NCBI GenBank assembly: GCA_951406725.2
Contig: OX597815.1
Location: 61,256,001-61,320,000, forward strand
Length of the DNA stretch: 64,000 nucleotides
From: Octopus vulgaris
Lineage: Eukaryota
Direction: 5' to 3'
Under the pieces are notes generated by a model that was not told where the DNA came from, ran no database searches, and worked only from the letters and a program-made list of their open reading frames with translations. Position 1 is the first letter of the stretch; every line of letters starts with the position of its first letter. This document shows positions 1 through 13,235 of this stretch, piece by piece. The translations under genes were made by a program, and so were the position numbers.

Positions 1-78
1 TTCCAAGGGAGGAATTCGCCCCTAGGGGCAGTTTCAACCCTATTTAATTTGTGTATTTTTCTTCTCGACATTTTAAAA

Positions 79-2600
79 ATGTCGAGAAATGTTATTGTAG
101 AACGCTGGTCGCGTTCCTTTATGGACCAGCATTTTCCTAGACTGGAAAAAAAGAACTTATGCACGACAAAGACAAACCTGAATGACGTGGTAGTGAACGC
201 TGCAACCACTTGCGTTAACAGCCCTGTCACCACCACCACCACCACCACCACCACCACTAACAACAACGAGACTACTACTGATACCACTACCACCACCAAC
301 ATAAATGATAAAAATGAAACTCACGCGAATACTATTAACAAAAACAGAAGAAGAACAACAACAATAAAAATGAAATAAATATCTTACCATCTAATGGTGA
401 AGATATTAATATAAAAGAATCAACAACACCAGTAAATTTCGCTGACACTCTGCGTCAGAAAAATAGAAATAATAAAATTTACGAATGAAGAGTTAATAGA
501 AACGAGAGCACTCTTTACAACCCAGGAGCAGGATTTAGTGCTGCATACACCTCAACACATAAAGGAACAAATAGAAAATAAGACAATTATATACAAAATT
601 ATGAAAAAAAAAATGAACAGATTACAAAAACGGACATAGAAAAGTGTTTAAAAAACATAATGAAAAAAAAGAATATATAAACTGGGGTCCCCAGTTTAAT
701 ACAGTGGTGGTTCGGTTCCCTAACCAGGAAGTGGCAAAAGCTCACTCTACGGAGTCTTTGCAAAATGATGAAATCATCATGGTACCATATTACAAAGGCC
801 AGAGAGTGAGTAGAATTAACATTAAAAAGGTACCCCCCGGGATACCTAACAAATGGATAACAGGGGCAATCTGTTACCATTTGAAAACGATAAACATATC
901 AGAAACCGCCGTGTACAAAAACGACAATTGGGGTGGTAAAACAATAGTAGTGACCATCCAGATTGAGGGGTCCTCTATCGAGAACCTACCTGATAGGATC
1001 CATTTAGAAAATGGGCAAAGCCTATATGTTGTAGCAGAAGGCAAAAAGCCTAGATGCTACAACTGTGGCAGCCCAGAACATTTAATTGCCGAGTGCGCTC
1101 TGGCACAGAAAAAACAAGAAAGAACAAATCAGAAAACAAATAAAAAACCTTGTTGCCAACACCAACACCAACACCAACACACTCAATTATGGAACAATGC
1201 CAAGAAAAACAACAAATCAGCAAACAAATCCCAACAACATCACCAAGGAAAGAAGCAGTACCAAACAATCACCGTTGACGTCGCAACCAATTCATCATGC
1301 TAAACCAACAAAAGATAGACCAACACCAACACCGAGGACGACAATTAAAAAGACAGAAAACAGTGACGAGAAGACAAATTCTACACCTAACACCACAACA
1401 GCACAAACACCGCACAAAACATCAACAATTTCTACAAGCATACATATTGTTACGGGGGATCCCCTTCGAACGAAAGCTGTTACGGAATCCCTCCCACAGG
1501 CCCGATCGATCAATACATCATACAGTCCGGAGACAACAGTTCTGTTTCAAATCGCATTAACGTTACAGTTCAAAGGATATTAAAGGCATATACAGTTCAA
1601 TGTTCATTACACAGTTCTCTTTGCCTTAACAGTTCTGTAACACATATCAACACAGTTCACATTGTTCTTTTTTACTGTCTCATTTCTTTTACATTTCAAT
1701 ACATCGATTCTTTTTCCTTCTTTCTCTTCACATATCAATACAACAATTCACGTACCGTTACATTAGCCAATGTCTCATATTGTAGTTCCTCTCTATCAGC
1801 CGCCTAATCCTCCGTATATCTCCCTCTCTGTCACAGCAGAACAAACCAACTGCTAAAATCCAAACTGCCGCTTGCCCTGAATTTCAAATACCGACTGCCT
1901 CTCAATCTCTCCGGCCGGAACTGACTTACAGACTCACAGCTCCTTTTTATAAGGTAGTTTCTCTGACCCTTTCTTGACCAGCAAAAGGGTAGGGGTCCTT
2001 CCAAAAGCCATCACTCTTCCGTGAACAAAGGACTATAACTTTGTATTCTAGACTTTCAGTCTCCAAGCCAGCAAAGTAGGTCATAGAGGTGTCCCTGACC
2101 ATTCGCAACAATATTAACGCAAATGCTTTACCTTTACCCCCTTCTGATTCGTCGGACGACGAAAGTTCGACGGAATGGCAAATAGCCACAGGGGGTAAAA
2201 GGAAAAGATCAAAAAAGCCCACCAAACAAGGAAGTAAAGCAGGGAGATATTTAACCCCGGACAGCATCCCCTTAGACAATAAAAAACCAATGAACCCGCA
2301 AAACCACACACACAACTAACAGTAATAGACACAGACAATAAAAAATTAATGGATTACATTGCATCCAACACGGACATCTGTGAAGATGACTTTAAGACAA
2401 ACAATTATTCGCGCACCACACCACCGAAACACATAAGAATTGTACACATAACACAAACACAACACCATACACTGAAAACAATATTTCCAAATGCGGTAGG
2501 CGGATTTCAACGATACCTCTCCAACAAACTATACAAACACCTCCTCAAAGACACTACAAAAGAAGAAGAAAAAAATGAAACTTTCGAAATGAGTAAGTGA
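79..2600 (+). pseudogene. LINE ORF1 (gag-like nucleic-acid-binding protein), frameshifted and interrupted by a solo LTR
   Basis: ATG at 79; knuckle CYNCGSPEHLIAEC near 1055-1097; Thr/Pro/Lys-rich linker; EWQIATGGKRKRSKK matches EWHTVPPKKKRRKK in copy B. Confidence 0.75.
1448..2110 (-). mobile_element. Solo LTR (663 bp) inserted in LINE ORF1
   Basis: Termini TGTTACG...CGCAACA (6/7 inverted match); ATAT duplication at 1444-1447 and 2111-2114; removal restores the ORF1 frame; orientation inferred from a TATAAAAA on the minus strand near 1944-1951. Confidence 0.82.
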
Positions 2601-2666
2601 CCTTCCCTCTTGCCTCTTGTCTCTTCCAATGTAGTGTGTGAAACACAATTTTGGTAAACGTCAATT

Positions 2667-5600
2667 ATGCTTAAATTAGGTTGTGTGAATGCGCGTGGCT
2701 TGGCGTCGGCTTGGAAGCAAGGTTACCTTCTAAACGACATCAAGTCACTGAACGTGGATATAGTAGCTATCAGTGAAACCAGACTCAGCAAGCCGCGGGC
2801 CCTCGCATCCATGTTTGGCGATCAATTCGACATTTATTTTTCTCCCTGTCTGCCGAACATGGGTGGTGGAGGTACCACGGTGCTTTTTCGAAAGAGTCTA
2901 AATGTAAAAGTAAGAACAATATTCCTAGACTGGTTGTCTTAGACGTGGATGGCAGAAATGGGTGTGCATTCCGTCTGTTGGCAGTTTATGCACCGTCCTT
3001 AACGGGTCGGGCGGATTTCTTCAGACGTCTAGAGGTTTTCCTGGGTACGTCTAGACCTTTACTGTTGGTAGGCGATTGGAACGCTACCTTGGACACGCAT
3101 CTAGATTATGTGGGAATGGATAGGAATAGAAGGGGGTGTAAGTGCCTCAAAGACCTTTTGTCTGACAGGTTCCGACTCGACCATCCGAACGTGCCAACGT
3201 GGACTTGGACAAACCGCGTCGGATTATCGAGATCTTATCTAGATAGAATTCTATGCAGGACAGCGGATAGGGATAGTGTAGGATGTCCACAATTTAAAAT
3301 AGTCAACTACACAGGTCACAAATTTGTGACGTGTACGCTCGACTTAGATAAGACACATAGACAGGGTCCCGGTTACTGGAAACTGAATACGTCGCTCTTA
3401 GCGCGACAGGTTTACAGGAACCGGATTAGTGAATTAATTAAGAGGGTGCTGACGGGAGCCATCGTTAACAACCGCTGGTGGTTCGCTCTGAAAATAGCAA
3501 TAAAATCGGAATCTAGCGATATATCGAAATAGAGTAGAGGGAGACTTAGTTAAGAAACTAGAAGAGGCACTTACAACTGGCAGCGCAACCAACGTGCTGG
3601 CTGCGAGGATGGCCCTCGACCAACACCTCAACACCAAACATGAAGGTTGCGTCGTCAGAGCTAAAATGCGTGCCTTAAGGAACGAAGGGATCGAAGCTGT
3701 GCGAGAGGCCCGGGTAGCGGAGGCGCAACGTGGCAACAGAGCCACCATTCGGTCTCTAATAGATCAAGAGAGATGCAATTTATTCAAACCCGAAAGGATG
3801 TGTGAGGCCTTTCAACAGCACTTTGCTCAACTGTTTGGTACGAGTGGTGGGTCGGAACGCGGGATGGACTTCAGTGCCTACCTGGCCGGCCTGCCGCGGC
3901 TCTCGGCAAGAGAAGCGGAGTGTTGTGAGAGACCCATCACAGCTGCCGACGTACGGGATGCGATGGCGGGATGCGCGAGGGATAAGTCGCCTGGTTTGGA
4001 TGGTCTACTCTACGAGCTGTTTGGTAAAATGCCAGACTTGTTTGGCGACCTCTTGACATCCGTATACTGCAACTAGCAACAAAACGGGAGAATCCTCGGT
4101 TTCGTGAGCCGAGGTGCAGTGACGTTGCTGAAGAAAGGCTCAAACAAGGGGAATTTTATAGATAATTTCAGGCCATCACTCTGCTCAACGCAGATTTGAA
4201 AATTTTGGCCAAAGTAATAGCCGAGAGGTTGGCGCTTGTCATCGATAAACTGGTCGACAAGGCGCAAACATGCGCCGTGCCGGGCAGAACCATCCATGAC
4301 AACCTCCATCCGATGCGCTACATTGTGGACAGGGTAGTTAAGGATCCTGGCATGGGTGGGACGCTGATCAATTTGGATCAGTCTAAAGCTTTCGATAGGG
4401 TCGACCATCGGTACCTGGCGGCCGTCCTCAGGGCGGCTGGCTTCGGTCCCGTCTTCCGCGATTGGATCGCTGCCTTGTATAGCGGCATCCGATCGGTAAT
4501 TCGTGTGAACGGTCACCTGTCGAAACCGTTTGACATCACGCGTTCGGTCCGTTAGGGATGTCTCCTGTCGGCGCTTCTGTATGTATTGACTCTCGAGCCG
4601 CTACTGCAGAAGCTAGCAACACTGAGGGGCATCCCACGGGAGCTGGGTTGCGGGACGAGCGTGTGGGCATATGCGGACGATGTCACCGTCATTGTGTCGA
4701 GCGAAAAGCACATCGACATGCTAGGCGAGACACTAAAAGAATACGAAATGCTGACGGGGGCGAAAATTAACCCGGAAAAGTCAGTGGGTTTGCTACTCGG
4801 CACCTGGAGAAGCAAGCCCATACCGCCCAACAGCGACTTAGTAGTGGGACGCTGGACGGACGGACCGGTTAAATTGCTCGGGGTCTGGTTCAGTCCGGAC
4901 CTCCAAATGCATAAGAACTGGGACGAGATCACGAGTAGAGTGGTCGCTCTCAGCCAAACATGGGCCGAGAGAAAGCTGTCTCTAAAAGGTCGGGCGGAGG
5001 TGGCTAATGCGTATATCGCATCAATCATCGATTACCGCCTGACCGTCGTGCCTTGTTCCGATGCTACCATCACGAAATTAGAACGCATACTCGTCTGATT
5101 CCTGTGGAATGGTGGCGTTCTGATAGTGAGGCGATCCATTTGCTGTCAACATCCATTAAATGGAGGACTGGGCATGCCGTGGTTAATGATGCGCAGGCAT
5201 GCGCTGAGACTGCGACATCTCTAGAACTTCATCGACGACGGTGAACAGGTGTGGGCGCCGTTTGTGAGGCGCGCCTTCCCGCACCTCGTCTCACTGACCG
5301 AACTGCAAACATGGATCAGAAAGAGACCGAAACTGGGCGATTGGCACAGAGAGTGTCGCCAAGCTCTACAGCAGCTCTGCCGACCGGGATCAAACTTGTG
5401 CAACTTACAAACGACCAACGCATTCTATAGAAGACTAGTGGAGGGGAGGTCCGACGACACACTCGGGGCAAACTTGGGCGTCGACGAGAAATTCCTAACC
5501 CGCCTGTTTAGGACGACGTTCGGGCTGGGGCCTATGGATAACTTCCAAAGATCCCTGGCTTGGCAATGCTATCGAGACGCACTACCAGTTCGAGAGAAGA

Positions 5601-5789
5601 GCTACAGACACGGTTCGAAGACCACCGGACCGACTTGCCCGAGATGCGGTCAGAGCGACGAAACCGTTCTGCACGCACTCGTGCAGTGTCCAGATATTTC
5701 AGAGCTGTGGACCTTCGTCGAACAGCTGGTGTCGCGTGTGGGACGGGCCCGCTTTTCAGCCGAGTCTATCGTGAATATTGTGAATATTG
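2667..5789 (+). pseudogene. LINE ORF2 (APE endonuclease, reverse transcriptase, zinc finger) with multiple stops and frameshifts
   Basis: MLKLGCVNARGL, AISET, VGDWN, SYLDRI, KSPGLDG, LDQSKAFDRV, AYADDV, CPRCGQSDETVLHALVQC. Confidence 0.93.
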
Positions 5790-5889
5790 TGTGTATGTGT
5801 GTGTATGCGCGCGCGCGTGTGTGTGCGTATGTGTGTGTATTACGCATACACACACATACACACACATGCATACACACACACACACAGGC

Positions 5890-6220
5890 GACAAAGTACA
5901 AAACAGAAACAAATTACACTAAAACACAAATCTTAGACAACAACGCGGCAGGAATGGCCAAAGGGACAAAAGCCAACACGAAAACAGAAAGAAAAAATCA
6001 CTCAATAACCAATATTCAGCAAGGCTTGACAGAAAAGAAGCGAGCCTAATTAAAAGTCAACAATGGCTCAAAAGATCAGGGCTAAAAGCAGAAACTGAAG
6101 GACTAATTATCGCTGCACGAGTCCAGTGTATGACCACAGGCAACTATAATGGCAAAATAGGAACGTGCACAATGAGACAGTTGACTACATCATCTGGGGC
6201 TGTCCAGTCCTCGTTAAATC

Positions 6221-6222
<2 letters not shown>
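5890..6222 (+). mobile_element. R4/Dong-like LINE fragment (post-RT region)
   Basis: 6061 onward reads QWLKRSGLKAETEGLIIAA, and ETVDYIIWGC follows; homologous to QWLRSSGLKAESEGFILAA and ETVDHLISGC in 21665-24094. Confidence 0.75.
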
Positions 6223-6273
<51 letters not shown>

Positions 6274-6959
6274 TTACATTATTACATATAATAGTCGTTC
6301 ACTTTTTGTTTCGAAGTACTTTTCAAGTTCAACTGTTGTTATTTTAAGCAGTTATCTGTGTCAGGCCACGACCTCCTTCTGAGTGAGGTAGATATATTCT
6401 GTCTCTACTTTGGGACGGTGACTTCGGTATGCTGTTAATAGTTTCCTGTTTTTTTTTTCGTTGCGGTTTCTCAATTCACTAACTTTCTACTATATTATGA
6501 CTTGTATGGCTCACGTATTTATCCCTCTTACCTTATTTCTAGCATTGAGTTCAGTGTTTAATATTATTCTAACACTTTTGTATTATTCTCTCGTAATTTT
6601 CTATCATCATCATCATCATCATCATCCTCATCGTCGTCGTCATCGTCGTCGTCATCGTCGGCTTCGTCGTCGTCGTCGTTGTTGTTGTTGTTGCTTTTGT
6701 TGTTATTGAAGGGGAAGAATTTGAAAAATTGATCTGCAAAACTTCTATGGAGAGAATGTTAATAAAAACATCAAGTCAAGTTTGCCACATTCTCTTGAAT
6801 AACTTTCCAGAGAGTGAGGGTATTCTTCAGAAAATCGAAAACAAAATTTCATTCCCGAGACCTTTCAAGAGCCACCCACCTCAAAAGAACACAGACCATC
6901 CGCCACTCGAAATTACGTAGATGAGAAACCTGTCCCTTTGTTTTCTCCAATAAATATGG

Positions 6960-9120
6960 TGGTATTCCCGAAGCCAAAAGACTACAAGCACTGTGAGAGT
7001 CACCTCTCACAGTGCTTGTAGTCAATTCAGATACGAGAGTGATTGCACGACAGACAAATCGTCCGCTTTGGACGGTCTGCCCTATAAGTTTTATGGTTAT
7101 ATGCTATATCTGTTTGGTGACTGACAGCAAAACAGAAGAATTCTTAGGTCTGTGAGCCGAAGCTTGTTAACTTTGCTGAGTAAGAACACCGATACAGGGG
7201 TTATTATAGACAATTTCCGTCCCATAACCTTGCTAAATGCTGATTGTAAAATGTTGGCCGAAGTGTTTGCAATGAGGTTGGTGCTTGTGGTAGATGGTTT
7301 GGTCGGAGAAGCTCAAACATGCGTGATCCTCAATAGATCCATCTACGACAACCTCCACCTCCTGCGTTGCACCATAGAGAGAATGGGCAATAAATCTGGA
7401 ATCGGTGGAGTCCAGATCAGTTTGGATCGGCCCGAAGCTTTCGATAGGGTTGACCAACGCTACCTGGCAATAATCCTAAAAGCAGCCTGTTTCAGACCTA
7501 TTTTCAGCGGCTGGATCGCAGTAATGTACACTGGCGGTTGCTCGGCAGTAAAGCAAATGCTCGCCTCTCAGAACCGCTTCATATCTCGATCTGTCGTCTT
7601 TCATCTCTTCTGTCCATTCTGGCGCTCGGGCCTTTGCGGAAGTTAGATCACTTGAAGAGCATCCATTTCGAACTAGGATGCGGAAGAGCTATGTTGGCAT
7701 ATGTGGATGATATCAGAATAATGTTAGTCGATCCCATTTTAAAGAAACACAAGGCGATGGTAGGAGCTAAGATAAATCCAAAGAAGTTGATAGGCTTGTG
7801 ACTCGGCAACTGGAGAAGCAAGTTTGTACCAACAAAGAGCATATTAGGTCGATGGACAGACTGACTAGTAAAATTGCTCAGGTTTGACCGGGATCGCCAG
7901 GTGGACAAGAACTGAGATCAGGTTTCAAGCCCGTTGGCCAGTCCCACTCAGAAATGGGCTGAGAAGAAATTATTCCAGAAAGGTCAAGTAAAGGTGGCGA
8001 AAGCTCACATCACCTCCTTAATAACTTACCACCTGACCGTTGTACTTTGCTCCACTCGACGTTTGGCCGAACTGGAGCGTTTACTTTCCCGCTTTCTGTG
8101 GAAAGGATGAGTTCTTCTGGTCAAGCGGTCTGTTGCCAACACCCTCTTGAAGGCGGGCTTAGTATCCATCGTTGCTAATGCACAGACATACGATGCGGCT
8201 ACCCTACCTACAGATATTCCTGGACGGTGAGCCGGTTCAGTTTCTATTTTGTTAGACACGCCTTCCCGCAGCTCATATATTTGATGGAGCTGCAATCCAG
8301 TGTCAAGAAAAGACCAAAATTAGGCGCTTGGCATCTGGAGTGTCACCAGGCGCTCATTTCCCCTACCAGTCGAGCAATGCAGTCAAAGAAAGTTCTACAG
8401 TAGCAATATATAGAAATCTGTTGAGGGATAAGAACGATGACGTTCTCGGAGTAAATCTAGGCATCGACGAAAGTGAGCTAGCTGGCCTGTTTCGGAGAAC
8501 TTTTGGGCCCGGTGCTACAATGGATGACCCCAGAAATACCTGGACTGGCAGTGCTCTACTGCGACACTGTTAGTTCGAGATAAACTACGGAAGCGCTGTC
8601 TGGTGGGACACTCCGAGATGAGCGCAGAGTGACGAAAACCTACATGCATTCGTGCAGTGTCCGAGTATTGCTTACTTGTGGAGTTATGTCGAACAGCTGT
8701 TATCGTGTGTGAGGCGAATCCGACTATCGGCCGAATCCTTCGTGAGAATTATCCTACCACTCGTCTCTAACAAAGTAGAGCTTTCACCGACAGTTTTAAG
8801 TTCCACTTGGAAAGGAAAGTGAAGGTGGAGAGGGACGTGCTTCCATCCAGTGAATTCGTGAAAAGGTGGGTAACTGTGGTAAAAATGGTTAGAGTGAATG
8901 GCCCTACATTCAGTATGCGCCTGTAGATTGTAGTGCAGGAAAGAGGGCTCGAGCTTTCAGTAGTTTGGATAATACTGGATCTATGAGGTTCTTGATTGGC
9001 CTTCGCTGGAGTTTTCCCTCTATCAGCACTTCATATGTTATCACATATTACGTATACTATGTGTACTTGTTTTCATTTCACTCTCTTTTCCGCTTCTTTC
9101 ACCCTATCCTTTATCCCTGC
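6960..9120 (+). mobile_element. Old, heavily degenerate 5'-truncated Tx1/L1-clade LINE (RT to 3' UTR)
   Basis: DNFRPITLLNAD, AFDRVDQRYL, AYVDDI, GAKINPKK, RTFGPG; colinear with the other ORF2 copies. Confidence 0.88.
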
Positions 9121-9179
9121 ATATATTGCTCCCCGTCGTTATAATGTCCCCCACATATGTTCTTGTGGCTAGTACAAGA

Positions 9180-9319
9180 AATTCTTCTCCTCCTCCTCTT
9201 CCTCCTCCTTCTTCTTCTTCTTCTTCTCCTTCTCCTCCACCTCCTCCTCCTCCTCCTCCCCCTCCCCCTTCTTCTTCTCATCATCATCCTCATTCTCATC
9301 ATCATCATCATTATTATTA

Positions 9320-9385
<66 letters not shown>

Positions 9386-9410
9386 GTGTTGTTATTGGTC
9401 CAATTATTAT
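9180..9410. repeat. Compound trinucleotide microsatellite (CCT/CTT/CAT/TTA)
   Basis: Direct reading. Confidence 0.95.
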
Positions 9411-9552
9411 TATAGGCTCAATTTAACGCAGCAATTTCCATCGAAATAGACGCGGGTGAAAAATACCTTCTCACCTCGACATCACCAAACCTACTGTAAT
9501 AGTAATAACAACACCGACAACAGCAGCAACAACAACAACAACTTTATTATTC

Positions 9553-9770
9553 GAGCTGGCAGAATCATTAGCAAGCCGGGCGAAATGCTTAGTGGCATTT
9601 TATCCGTCTTTATGTTCTGAGTTCACATTCCGCCGAGGTCAACTTTGCTTTTCATCCTTTGGTGGGGGGGGGGTCAATGAATTAAGTACCTCTGAAACAC
9701 TGGAGTCGATGTAATCGACCTACCCCCTCTCCCATATTTCAGGCCTTGTACATATAGTAGAGAGGATTAT
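9553..9770 (+). mobile_element. tRNA-derived SINE, family 1, tail type A
   Basis: Head GAGCTGGCAGAATC...GAGTTCACATTCC; central GGTCAACTTTGCTTTTCATCCTTT...AAGTACC; several other copies in the window. Confidence 0.85.
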
Positions 9771-9779
9771 TATTATTAT

Positions 9780-10173
9780 CTACTTTTAATCTGCATGATT
9801 GCTACAATCACTTGCCAAGACATACCCAGTATCCTAGGGCAATTGAAGGGTAAGAGATGTTACAGTTTGACTGAAAGCTTGGGGAGGAGCCGTGGTAGGC
9901 GCAGTAGCGAAATATCTTCATGTAATACAAGACAGACATTTAAATTGATAAAGTTTTCATAAGGAAGTGAGCAGTACTTGTCAGCACAATCTTTTGGATT
10001 TCCCTGAGACATGATTCTCCTGGGATGTTAACTAAATGTTTCTGATATCCCTTTTTTTTATCATACATAGGGCACCTGCAATAACAGGAACAGTTCTCGC
10101 TTTAAGATGCCAGGTCTTTTGCATTTCAATTTCCAGGTCCTTATATCTACTTAATTTGTCAAATTTCTTTACA
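9780..10173 (-). mobile_element. 3' end of an R4/Dong-like LINE within (TTA)n
   Basis: Minus strand reads FDKLSRYKDLEIEMQKTWHLKARTVPVIAGAL...EIQKIVLT, homologous to the C-terminus of 21665-24094. Confidence 0.85.
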
Positions 10174-10174
10174 G

Positions 10175-10225
<51 letters not shown>

Positions 10226-10423
10226 GTTATTATTGTTATAATCATCATTATTATTATTATTGTTGTTGTTGTTGCAATGATAACAGCAGTAGCAACAGCA
10301 GCTGCAACACCACCACAACCACCATCACAACCACTGCCATCACCATCAACACCTTCACCACCATCATCACCACAACCAGTAATACTCCTCCTCCCCTCCT
10401 CCTCCTCCTACTACTACTACTGC

Positions 10424-10462
<39 letters not shown>

Positions 10463-10477
10463 TAATAATAATAATGA

Positions 10478-10740
10478 TTTTTATTAGCCACTAGGTAGGA
10501 ATCATTGACGACAATCAACACAAAGACGAATTATAAGAACGCAAAAAATGTGGTTAACATCGGATAAGAATGAAATCAACAAAAATATCAATAAAATTAA
10601 GAATAAGAGAAATTGCTCCACAATAGCGGAGTCAGCACTGAGAATAATTGTAAGAAAACCCTAGACAATCATCACGCCAACTGAAATTATGATTGTGATA
10701 AGAAGAAAATTCATTAGGGCTAATGAAAATTTATTTTCAA
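10478..10740 (-). mobile_element. Probable 3' UTR/terminus of a Tx1-like LINE
   Basis: Minus strand ends ...GTGGCTAATAAA followed by (TTA)n, like the termini at 20680, 30995 and 56187. Confidence 0.5.
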
Positions 10741-11241
10741 ACAGGACAAGGGAATCAACTCCTAATACTCATAAAATATCAAATTAAACTATGCCGTGTA
10801 TAAAAGTCTGATTTTTCGTAGCTATAGTGGCATGTTTCGTGATTTTTATATCTCGTCAGTGAAATTGAGTCAACATGCAGCTAGCTGGCCACAGAAGTAA
10901 TTAGAGAGCTTATAAACTCGGTATGAAGATAGTCCACTGATTAGGCCGTTTGAAATATCTCGTGGGTGCCTTTTGCGTGAAAAATATTCAGTTATGTGTA
11001 GCCAGCCGTGTTTCATGAGGCTAACCAAAAATAATGCTTAATTGCAAAAAATTATAACCGGAATTAGGTGAAAATTGTGTAATGTAAATGTAAATATTTT
11101 TTCTCGCTAGCGGCAAGGGAGAGAACTCTCAAAACTTCAGTTGAGTAAAAAATGAAATTCAATTACGCAGTGCAGAAGGTCTTCAGTATTACTCACATGT
11201 TCCAGTCTTCTTGCTTTTTATTCACTTCATATGTGTGTGCG

Positions 11242-11276
<35 letters not shown>

Positions 11277-11387
11277 GTAAATACACACATATATATATAT
11301 ATATATACATATATATACAGTAAATCATAAATCCGAAAGAGAAGCACACTATGTTATACAGCAGTAGAGTATATCGATAAAGATAGA

Positions 11388-12158
11388 TATAGCCGGTGTA
11401 TGGGCTTACCCTGTGTTTCACGTCCATAAAGCGCTTAACTTTACAGCTTTTCTTCAGACTCTAAAACCCGTTGGCTTTGACCTCTGTAGCAAGTGGCCTC
11501 TCTTGAAAATGAATGAAGAAACAACTTCGTTACTCTGTCAACAAGGGATTGTCTCCCTTTGACCGCTATTAATTGACCATGCTGGTTTGTGGATCCCAGG
11601 ATGTCAGTAGAAATTTCTTCAAGTGCAAGCAGGGTTCGGAGACCTCTGTCCTGGAGTTAAGGGTGTTCTCTGGGTCGAGGGAGTGCTTTACTATCTTCGT
11701 TCCTTCGGCTATGCTTAGTTTAGAGGGCTTGGTGCCATTTATGTAGGGGTCTTGATTTTCTAGGATCTGCCTAAGAACGTAGCGTATCTCTTTGACGGAG
11801 GTCTTCGTACTGGGTGTGATATAACTATCTTATTGCTAACATCGCCTTCTTTGATAACTTTTAGTAAATCAATGTTGGTTGACTTTATTTATTTATTTTT
11901 TGTTTGTGTATTCACTGTATTGTATTGAACAAAATGGTTATGCAGCCCGCCTTTGTCATTCTCTCAGTTATCTGGCCCATTGTGAAAAACATTTGGTGGC
12001 TCCTGACATAGAATAACGAAGTCTTTTTCTTCTCCATTTTCTAGATAGGTCACTTGATAGGTAAGCCGCAGCCAGCGGGTTTTAGGGTCCTAAGAAACGG
12101 TGTAAAGCTAAGCGCTTTATGGACATGAAACTCAGGGTAACCACATAGACCGGGCATA
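11388..12158 (-). mobile_element. Truncated Penelope-like element: endonuclease C-terminus flanked by inverted ~90-bp pLTR segments
   Basis: Minus strand QILENQDPYINGTK...LNSRTEVSEPCLHLKKFL resembles a PLE EN C-terminus; 11388-11476 and 12070-12158 are inverted copies. Confidence 0.7.
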
Positions 12159-12214
12159 TATATATATGTATATATGTATGTATATGTATATATATATATG
12201 TATGTATGTATATA

Positions 12215-12252
<38 letters not shown>

Positions 12253-12376
12253 ATTATTTATATATGCATGTATATATACATGTAGATGTAGGTACGTACA
12301 TATATGTTTGTATGTATGCATATATTTTTATTTATCACACACACACACACATATATATATATATGTATATATGTAT

Positions 12377-12414
<38 letters not shown>

Positions 12415-12639
12415 ATACACATTATATATATTTTACTAAGGAAACAGAAACTATGAAATCACGACTACCACACACCGGAAACCTACGAGTGAGCCAATTA
12501 GATAGTTTGCCAATTGCTAAAAATAACAACCAAGTGTCTCCCGCAAATCGCAGTCTTCTCCCTCGACAAAAAAAAACATTCGATAATGAACTTGAAAGTG
12601 ACTGTCACGTTTGGAAAGCCTTTGAACATAGGTCTGTTA

Positions 12640-12915
12640 CAATCGAGATTGAACTAGGGCTAAACAGTCACTGAGTCTACAACCTGTACATGGTGACTCG
12701 ACCTCCTGAAAATAGGCAGCTAAATACCCATCCAATCACACTAGAATATCATCTTAAATGAAGTAGGCACATGGGACATTGTCGCACTTGAAGTACAACA
12801 ACATAGGATTGTCACAGCTGGAAGGTATCTGATCATAGGTCTGGCCGATCAGAGTTACCCCAGGGCTAAAACAACAACAATAACAACAACATCAACAACA
12901 ATAACAACAACAATC
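12640..12915 (+). mobile_element. Old SINE-like 3' segment with (CAA)n tail
   Basis: Ends ...CAGGGCTAAAACAACAACAA; no coding similarity. Confidence 0.4.
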
Positions 12916-13203
12916 ACTGCAGAACCTCGATGACGCCAAAATTAATTACGCGACCGGCGCCAAAAGCACTTTGAGCAATATTGCAGGAATATTTTCACCT
13001 CCGCCACTACCACTACCACCACCATCACTATCGCTATCCACACCACCGTCACCTCCGCCACTACCGTCATCTACATCACCACAGCCGCTATCACGATCAT
13101 TGGTATCACCACTACCAAAACCACTGCCACCACCACCACCACCACTACCACCACCACTGCCACCTCTTCCACCACTATCACCGGCACTATAAACACCAAC
13201 ACC

Positions 13204-13235
<32 letters not shown>

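Larger units (their letters stand above)
1..5789 (+). mobile_element. Tx1/L1-clade non-LTR retrotransposon, copy A (near full length, degenerate, 3' end replaced by (TG)n/(CA)n)
   Basis: ORF1 with a CCHC knuckle followed by ORF2 with APE endonuclease, RT and C-terminal zinc finger; colinear with the copy at 15611-20696. Confidence 0.92.

Noticed and set aside
1536-1660. Spaced ACAGTTC repeats as a CRISPR-like array
   Set aside because: Only 7 bp, irregular spacing, inside an LTR in eukaryotic DNA, no cas genes
9111-9426. Poly-L/I/Y/R ORFs here and the many HTHT, CVCV and YIYI ORFs throughout the window
   Set aside because: Translations of microsatellites, not genes
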